Shown piece by piece: positions 5,714-11,948 of a stretch of DNA of 11,948 nucleotides. The notes beneath the pieces are model-generated. The model saw nothing but the letters and a program-made list of their open reading frames with translations. It was not told the origin of the DNA and ran no database searches. A program made the translations under genes and the position numbers. Origin of the DNA: Promethearchaeati archaeon (GTDB lineage: Archaea > Asgardarchaeota > Heimdallarchaeia > Heimdallarchaeales > Heimdallarchaeaceae); contig JABLTJ010000052.1 of NCBI GenBank assembly GCA_013166775.1, positions 1-11,948 on the forward strand, read 5' to 3'. How positions within the stretch are numbered: position 1 is the stretch's first letter; every line of letters starts with the position of its first letter.

Positions 5714-8185
5714 TTACGCTTTTCTTCGTTTTTTGATTAGAGTTACTGGGATAGCTATTATTGGTATAGTTATTAGAAGAATAAGTTTCGAAAACTCATT
5801 TACAACTGCATTATCTATTGTGATATCATAGGCTAGACCTGCAACAAGATCATTCCAATCAGTTGCACTTATGATTATTTGGTATGCTCCATTTTCATAG
5901 TTTGTTGAAATAATAGCAAAAATTGCAACAGGTGAATTAGTTGACCAGCTGTCACTCCATGAAGAATTTTTCAGAGTTAACTTTAGCTCTTTTATTCCTG
6001 CATAATCGGAAGCAGAGACATCAATATTACGTACTCCTGATAATGTCAGAGCTCCTATATCAGCGATTATTTCAGGAACTATTATGTCGTAGGTTCTGTC
6101 ATAAATATTAATCCCTTGAAAACTACCAATCCATACTTCTCCTGTAGAGGGAACATATAATGCTCTTTTAACAAATAGTGTAGAAAGCCCTTCAGCTTCT
6201 GATTCATATTTCATTTCCCCACTTGTATAATTGTAAGCGTAGAGTCCAGAATTTGCTACAATGTATATTTCTTTCTCTGCTTCTAAGTAATAGATATCAT
6301 TGATTGAAGGATAGAGTATTTCTGATGATTTACCAAAATTAGCAATGGTCTCAGTTATTGGATTGAAAATTCTCACATTTGGATATTGGTCGAGTCCAAA
6401 CCAGAGTTGACTATTTATCCATTCGAGAGAGCTGACATCCCATAATCCTCCACCGAATCTACTAATTTCAGTAAGGGTTGTTAAGTTATACAGAATTAAG
6501 TAATCGTTAGTCCCAACATAGAGAACGTCTCTATTAGGATCTTGGACGACACCATTAACTTCCAACAGTGTTTTATCAGTAGCAAAGTTTTCAACATGAT
6601 ATGTTCCTAAGTTCCAGTTATATATTACCAATGAACCATTTCCACCAATTCCAGCATTTTGTGCAGCTGTAGAATAGAAGATTAAACTCTCATTGTAGGA
6701 AGAAGAAATATCTCTTACGTATCTGTATTCGCTCAGAGGTAGAATGGATTCCATATTTGTTATGGTTGTTGTCACAATATCATACATGTATCTATGATGA
6801 TACATTTTCTGTGCATTTACAAGTAATTCTCCAGCAGTATCTCCACCTGCACCTCCAATCCCTTCAATGAGGTGCTCAACAGAAAGAGGATTCAATCTAT
6901 CTAAGGCAGTTGGGTCTACTCTGTCTAGACCTAGCAGAGTTGAAACATACACATACCCATCTGTTGGATTATAATTCACATCAGTTGCCATATTATGTAA
7001 AAGACCTAATATTGGACTATTTTCAGTAATAGCTGTAGTTGGTGGAGTATAATCCATTTTTTGAATTCGTTGGACAGTTCCAATGATTAATTTTCCATCA
7101 ATTGAATCTAATCTGATTGTAGCCAACATGCTTTCAATTGGATAAGGAGATCCTGTTACTGTTGGGAGAGGATATCCTCCAAGTAATGAACCATATAGTG
7201 ATTTAGCAATTCCTACCATAGTATTGGTATTGAAAACTAAAAGACCTGATTCAGCGTTTGTTGTATATGGAGAAACAATGAAACCCAATTCGTTGACAGG
7301 ATCACAAACAAGATCTAATATAGCTCTTGAATAGTAAGTACCTTGAGTATAATTGAAAGTCATAATAGTGCCATTATCAAATAATACCGAAAGACCATCA
7401 CATATACTAGTTGGTTCATCATATGTTACAATGAATGTCATTCCTAGAGAAGGATAATATTTCACTAGTTTTGTATAGTCATGAATAAGACCTTCACTCG
7501 TTGTAATCCATTCCTGAGTATCATTATCAGAAAAATCTATTTTATATACTCCAACTGAAGTTCCAATGAATGCAAAACCTTCAGAGGAATTAACATCTAC
7601 TGTAAGCATCTTCACGCTTGGAGCAGGAGGATTGTATCCACTTATATCAGCAAATGTATCCTTGATAGGATCATAAACATACAACCCATTAGATTGAGTT
7701 ACAATCCACACTAGATGATTCACAGGGTCAACATCAATAAAATCCCCTAACTCAAAGTTGGTAGCAACACCAGTCAGTAGAGGTGTAGCGGAAAGAGGTT
7801 TTTGAGAATAGTTTAGAATGTCAACTCCTTGAACAGATCCAATATAGAGTAATTTAAGATCTTTATCAATTTCCAGATTCTGAATCTGAACATCTGTTAA
7901 ACCAATCTCATCTGTGTAAACAGTTTGATTTGACAAATCATCTCTTTGGATTAAAGCTAAACCTTCAGGCGCATTTGTAAAAATGAGATTGTCTTCTTCA
8001 CTGACTGCTAAACCTACGTGACCGGGAGGCCCATAAATGTGTTCAAAAGCATCATCTCCATTTTGTTCGAATTGGATTTGATTACTAGTATCATCGATTA
8101 TAGCATTAGTAATATTTATTCCAGAAAGAAAACTCGAAAAAACTAACAAAGTTAGTACACATAGTACTGTTATTTTTCCTTTCAT
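5714..8185 (-). CDS. Cell-surface beta-propeller repeat protein (two-component-regulator propeller-like) with Ig-like domain and C-terminal anchor/sorting signal
   Basis: Signal peptide present. Repeated blades include GLTDVQIQNLEIDKDLKLLYIGSVQGVDILN, GLLHNMATDVNYNPTDGYVYVSTLLGLDRVD and GLSTLFVKRALYVPSTGEVWIGSFQGINIYD. An Ig-like segment reads DIIVPEI...IDVSASDYAGIKEL...ENGAYQIIISATDWND. The tail is VVNEF + TM + KKRRKA. Confidence 0.85.
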   Translation of the reverse strand: MKGKITVLCVLTLLVFSSFLSGINITNAIIDDTSNQIQFEQNGDDAFEHIYGPPGHVGLAVSEEDNLIFTNAPEGLALIQRDDLSNQTVYTDEIGLTDVQIQNLEIDKDLKLLYIGSVQGVDILNYSQKPLSATPLLTGVATNFELGDFIDVDPVNHLVWIVTQSNGLYVYDPIKDTFADISGYNPPAPSVKMLTVDVNSSEGFAFIGTSVGVYKIDFSDNDTQEWITTSEGLIHDYTKLVKYYPSLGMTFIVTYDEPTSICDGLSVLFDNGTIMTFNYTQGTYYSRAILDLVCDPVNELGFIVSPYTTNAESGLLVFNTNTMVGIAKSLYGSLLGGYPLPTVTGSPYPIESMLATIRLDSIDGKLIIGTVQRIQKMDYTPPTTAITENSPILGLLHNMATDVNYNPTDGYVYVSTLLGLDRVDPTALDRLNPLSVEHLIEGIGGAGGDTAGELLVNAQKMYHHRYMYDIVTTTITNMESILPLSEYRYVRDISSSYNESLIFYSTAAQNAGIGGNGSLVIYNWNLGTYHVENFATDKTLLEVNGVVQDPNRDVLYVGTNDYLILYNLTTLTEISRFGGGLWDVSSLEWINSQLWFGLDQYPNVRIFNPITETIANFGKSSEILYPSINDIYYLEAEKEIYIVANSGLYAYNYTSGEMKYESEAEGLSTLFVKRALYVPSTGEVWIGSFQGINIYDRTYDIIVPEIIADIGALTLSGVRNIDVSASDYAGIKELKLTLKNSSWSDSWSTNSPVAIFAIISTNYENGAYQIIISATDWNDLVAGLAYDITIDNAVVNEFSKLILLITIPIIAIPVTLIKKRRKA

Positions 8186-8260
8186 ATATTCTACTTTAGC
8201 TTAAATATTATAAACCTATATTATATCGGCAAAAAAGGAGAAAATGGGAGGATTAAAGCT
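8186..8260 (-). promoter_or_regulatory. Pyrimidine-rich terminator of 8261-9490 followed by a TATA-like promoter for 5714-8185
   Basis: The minus strand reads aatcctcccattttctcctttttt, then ggTTTATAAT ending about 21 nt before ATG 8185. Confidence 0.5.
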
Positions 8261-9490
8261 TTAATCCTGGAAAATTCTTGCAGCGTTTTCCACAAATGCT
8301 TTTACTATTCTATCTCTTTTAAGCATCGTTTGTTCTAGATTGAAATGTATCCATCTCTTACTACTGAAAATTGGTTTCTTGATTTCAATTACTCTATGTG
8401 GAAGGATTAAGATCAAATCTTCTATTGGAAATTCTTCTTTCATTTGTAGAGCTTTTCGAAAATCAGCTTCTAGAAGTTTTTCTCTTTCTGCTAAATCCAA
8501 GAATCTATTTGCCTTAACTTCTATTTCAGATAATTTTTGCTGACTCACATGCATATCATATTTTTCTTTCATCCTGGGTGTTAATCTCTTGGGTTTTCTA
8601 ATTTCCTTTAAGATTGCTCCAAATCTAGTAAATTCAACATTTATTTCTCTCTTAAGTACCATTTGCTTGAGAATAAAGATACACTCTTCTAGACTCATTC
8701 CAACTTCTAAAGAAACTGTTGTTAAATTGACATCTTTTTCATAATCCAGACTTTCAATAATTAACTTTCGCTTTGATCTCTTCATCAATATTTTCCTAAG
8801 GAAAGGATGGTAGAACAACCAAATGAATTGGATAATGAAAATACCTGAAATTAGTGCTAAATAACCTGAAGTTGTATTATGTTTTCTCCATTCAAGTTCT
8901 GAGGGTGATCCAGCAATAGCCTTTCTGAATAATGTATCCTTTACCATTTTTTCATTTGATATTAGATATATTTTCAATATGAATTGTGAATAGAACGCAT
9001 AGATTAATATGAAATAAATCCAAAAAGCTGCTGCTTCATTATAATAGAAATATCCATATGGGTGTCTCAATGAAATTGAAAACACAAATACTAAAACAAT
9101 TCCAGCAAATCTCAAAATGAATCCATATAATCTGAATTTAGGATTAAGTTTGAATATAAAGAGATATGTGTTTAAAAGAACTAAAGTCGCAACAGGGAGT
9201 ATGAAAATTAATATCCAAGAATTAATCACCCAATATGGATCATTATATATTTGCTTAGGTACGAGATCAAAGAGAATACTAGTACTTCGTAATGCTATTG
9301 TATATCCCACTATTGTTATTAAAAGCAAAAGTGATTCTGATATAAAGTAATAGATTGGAAACTTACTACTATCTTCAAAGACAACAAGTTCATCTTCGTC
9401 TTTTGTATTCTTCTTTTCAATTACTATTTTTCCTTTCTCCATCTCTCTTAATTTTTCACTTGGAATAGAATCTTCCCCTTCTGAAGACAT
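8261..9490 (-). CDS. Polytopic membrane protein (~5 TM) with a C-terminal PCI-like winged-helix region
   Basis: Acidic N-terminus, then five hydrophobic helices. KLIIESLDYEKDVNLTTVSLEVGMSLEECIFILKQMVLKREINVEF fits the PCI/wHTH pattern by eye. Confidence 0.75.
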   Translation of the reverse strand: MSSEGEDSIPSEKLREMEKGKIVIEKKNTKDEDELVVFEDSSKFPIYYFISESLLLLITIVGYTIALRSTSILFDLVPKQIYNDPYWVINSWILIFILPVATLVLLNTYLFIFKLNPKFRLYGFILRFAGIVLVFVFSISLRHPYGYFYYNEAAAFWIYFILIYAFYSQFILKIYLISNEKMVKDTLFRKAIAGSPSELEWRKHNTTSGYLALISGIFIIQFIWLFYHPFLRKILMKRSKRKLIIESLDYEKDVNLTTVSLEVGMSLEECIFILKQMVLKREINVEFTRFGAILKEIRKPKRLTPRMKEKYDMHVSQQKLSEIEVKANRFLDLAEREKLLEADFRKALQMKEEFPIEDLILILPHRVIEIKKPIFSSKRWIHFNLEQTMLKRDRIVKAFVENAARIFQD

Positions 9491-9623
9491 GGATTAAAAG
9501 ACACACGATTGTATTTAAAGTAATTCAAATTCCTTATAAAGAGGAAAAAAAATCCGACAATAACTTTCGATTAAGTTTTAGCTAGTTTAAAAACCAATTT
9601 CTGGATTCATCTATTGAGCAGAC
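9491..9623. promoter_or_regulatory. Divergent promoter region
   Basis: Plus-strand TTTAAAAA (about 9586-9593) lies about 30 nt before ATG 9624. Minus-strand TTTAAATA ends about 20 nt before ATG 9490. Confidence 0.5.
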
Positions 9624-11462
9624 ATGCGCTTACATCTCACCCGTATACTAATGATCATCTTAATGGTCACATGCATCACTCTCGATAATGTTACATGGGT
9701 GGGGTCAAGCTTACATCTGCTCAATTCAACACCCTACTCATCACACACAAGTGGGGAGCTTTCGGGAACATTGGGAGAAAACATCACGTTTGAATACAAT
9801 GAAACCTTTCATGAAAGCTCCCTAAACCTTTCTTTAGATATTACGAGTATTAATCGATTTTGCGAAATTCATCTTTACTTTATAGTGGAAGGTGACAAAT
9901 CACTAAAATCTGATTTAATAGTTGGTTTCGAATTCGAATCAGAGACTCTTGATTTTGTGATTGAAAATCATTTACAAGATTCCTTTGAACATGAATTAAT
10001 ACAAGGATTTTCATTATCAAATAAAATCATTTCCAACTTGAATCTATCTCTGAATTTTCAAGGACAAGCATCTTACGGTCTAAGTGGGAGTATAACTGTT
10101 CTTGCTCATACTTCTTTTGTTAACCTTCCAATTTCAGAAATAACAGAATCTCAAAAAAGTCTTGTAATAACACCCGAATCGATGAGTTTCGCTGGAGAGA
10201 TTCTAGGAGTCAAAAGAGTATATGCATTATCTGTTTTAGATAACTCATTTGGTAAGGATTTTATTTTCCTTTTGCACCTTTCATTCATAACAAATGATTT
10301 TTTCTCACTCAAAAGGGAACTACGAATAGTAGTCAATTCAGAAGAACGAGAATTTTTGAATTTTAATGCAGATGAAGAAAATTCAATAGATGTTGAACTC
10401 AACCTCGATCAAGGAATAAATGTAATAGTATTTGATTTTCGTATTGAGATGTCTATTGATTTTATTGAAATTAATAATCTAGCAATAGATGGATATGCAG
10501 TTGAAGACACTTCTAATGATGATGTATATCATGAAATTGTATGGAACGATTCAATTAACGAATCTGTTATTCTTTCTCCATTTAAACCTTCATTGAACAC
10601 AGCAGAACAGATTCTTAATCTATCCATTTGTATTAGTTTCGAGGGTACAAAGATATATGATGGAATCGCTTATACTGTTTTCCAAGGCTTAGTTCAACTT
10701 GCTTCTGGTACCATACAATCAACAGCTCAAATTAATGAAAAATCATTCTTAGAAATTCACACATACACTTACAATTATCTAGACGAGATAGAGATCGAGT
10801 TTAACGCTCAAGCTGAGGGATCAGGAGTAATCTACATCTATAACACTACTACAATCAACCCTCGATCACTAAGCCATATTAACAAACAAACCTATCAGAT
10901 AACTATTGAAGAATTCATAGAAATTGAAACACCAATAATTGGTTCGGTAAATAAAGAATACTATGATGTAATTTTCATAGAAAATGATACGGTAGGATTT
11001 CGAACAAATCTATCTTTAACGATCTCATCTCAAGATTCAAATTTCGGTGGTTTAAGCATTTATTTCATTATAAATGGTGAACTCGCTTTTTCGAAAAGTA
11101 TAGCAGATTTTGATTCGAAAGAATTTTCAGAACGGATAGTTTTAGCTGAAGGCTATAATGAGATAAAAATAATTTTTTCAATATCAGGAAATGGAGCTAT
11201 TATTCGTTTAGAAGATATCAGATTTTCTCTGTATCAATCTAATGAAGATATAACTCTTGAAGAAAATCAAGAATTCACTGATATTCCTTTATTCAAGAGT
11301 CCAAAGACAATTTTGGTAGGAATTTTCGTACTCTTTGATTGTTGGCTGATTATGGGGATTATTCTTAGAATTTATAGAGGGAGAAAAATCAGTAAAAAAC
11401 AGCAAACAGAGAATGATGAATTTATCTTGGAGATTGCACAGATTTCCCAGGATAATCTCTAG
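9624..11462 (+). CDS. Membrane-anchored, acidic, all-beta surface (glyco)protein with internal duplication
   Basis: N-terminal signal and many N-x-S/T sequons. Two L-x-x-G-x-N-x-I motifs (LDQGINVI, LAEGYNEI). The C-terminal TM ILVGIFVLFDCWLIMGIILRI is followed by YRGRK and a short cytoplasmic tail. Confidence 0.85.
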   Translation: MRLHLTRILMIILMVTCITLDNVTWVGSSLHLLNSTPYSSHTSGELSGTLGENITFEYNETFHESSLNLSLDITSINRFCEIHLYFIVEGDKSLKSDLIVGFEFESETLDFVIENHLQDSFEHELIQGFSLSNKIISNLNLSLNFQGQASYGLSGSITVLAHTSFVNLPISEITESQKSLVITPESMSFAGEILGVKRVYALSVLDNSFGKDFIFLLHLSFITNDFFSLKRELRIVVNSEEREFLNFNADEENSIDVELNLDQGINVIVFDFRIEMSIDFIEINNLAIDGYAVEDTSNDDVYHEIVWNDSINESVILSPFKPSLNTAEQILNLSICISFEGTKIYDGIAYTVFQGLVQLASGTIQSTAQINEKSFLEIHTYTYNYLDEIEIEFNAQAEGSGVIYIYNTTTINPRSLSHINKQTYQITIEEFIEIETPIIGSVNKEYYDVIFIENDTVGFRTNLSLTISSQDSNFGGLSIYFIINGELAFSKSIADFDSKEFSERIVLAEGYNEIKIIFSISGNGAIIRLEDIRFSLYQSNEDITLEENQEFTDIPLFKSPKTILVGIFVLFDCWLIMGIILRIYRGRKISKKQQTENDEFILEIAQISQDNL

Positions 11463-11518
11463 TTTCATTTTCAATTTTCTCCTACCTTAAAAAGTAATTC
11501 ACTTATATTTTATTGAAC

Positions 11519-11947
11519 ATGGCTACATCAACGTTATTTGACAAACTAAAAACTGTGAGTCAAAATCAGAAGAAGAATATAAGGGAAAATCTTCAAACAA
11601 GAGGGGAGCTTCCCTGGAAATATCAGATTCTGATAACATTAGGATTCTGGTTTGTCTTGTTCATTGTTATGTTTATACTTTGGGATCCAAACTCTCAATG
11701 GGGTGTCATATTAATCGCTAGTGTAGGTTCTGTAATAGCAGTTGAAAGTATTAATTATCTTATTAAAAGAGCAACTGTTGAATCAGGAGTAGTGGAGGAA
11801 GAGTTGGAAGAGGGAGATACTAATCAAGTTGATTTGAAAAAACAATCGATTCTAGTCGGTGATTCTTATAAGAGAGGAGTCCCGACCTTGCCGGGAACCA
11901 AACATGGTAACTCCGACGGCCATCCAGCACAAGATTATCAACAATAG
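11519..11947 (+). CDS. Hypothetical 2-TM membrane protein with acidic, low-complexity C-terminal tail
   Basis: ATG 11519 (or TTG 11513) to TAG 11945-11947. TM segments are ILITLGFWFVLFIVMFILW and WGVILIASVGSVIAVESINYLI. Tail begins VVEEELEEGD. Confidence 0.75.
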   Translation: MATSTLFDKLKTVSQNQKKNIRENLQTRGELPWKYQILITLGFWFVLFIVMFILWDPNSQWGVILIASVGSVIAVESINYLIKRATVESGVVEEELEEGDTNQVDLKKQSILVGDSYKRGVPTLPGTKHGNSDGHPAQDYQQ

Positions 11948-11948
11948 C

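Noticed and set aside
5407-5831. ORFs 5407-5622 (-) and 5586-5831 (+)
   Set aside because: They overlap stronger genes in antisense or alternate frames and have no motifs.
8244-8254. ATGGGAGGATT resembling ATGGGAGGAATT on the minus strand at 4763-4752
   Set aside because: The match is short and could arise by chance or from pyrimidine-rich terminator composition.
8340-11474. ORFs 8340-8543, 9117-9350, 10151-10402 and 11289-11474
   Set aside because: Antisense shadows of long real genes.

Overview
AT-rich, gene-dense archaeal window. BRE/TATA-type promoters, near-leaderless starts, a PEF-CTERM-like tail and membrane proteins ending in zinc-ribbon or PCI-like winged-helix domains suggest an Asgard-type genome such as Heimdallarchaeia. 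That taxonomy is inference, not shown by a marker gene. From left to right the window holds: a partial hypothetical gene; a cupin; two convergent membrane-protein genes that are both interrupted (an in-frame TAG in one, a frameshift plus an in-frame TGA in the other; the ORF track splits them into fragments); an APH/choline-kinase-family phosphotransferase; a soluble PAS-PAS histidine kinase; a 330-bp intergenic region with two G/C hairpins, palindromes, a symmetric TATA box and a hidden TGA-interrupted small ORF; a single-pass zinc-ribbon membrane protein; an 823-aa surface double beta-propeller/Ig protein resembling a hybrid two-component sensor ectodomain without a kinase; a 5-TM protein with PCI/winged-helix-like domains; a 612-aa surface protein with an internal ~246-aa duplication; and a small 2-TM protein. 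No rRNA, tRNA, CRISPR array or transposase was found. The best leads are the 4673-4999 structured element and a possible split sensor/kinase surface-signalling cluster. Both are hypotheses.
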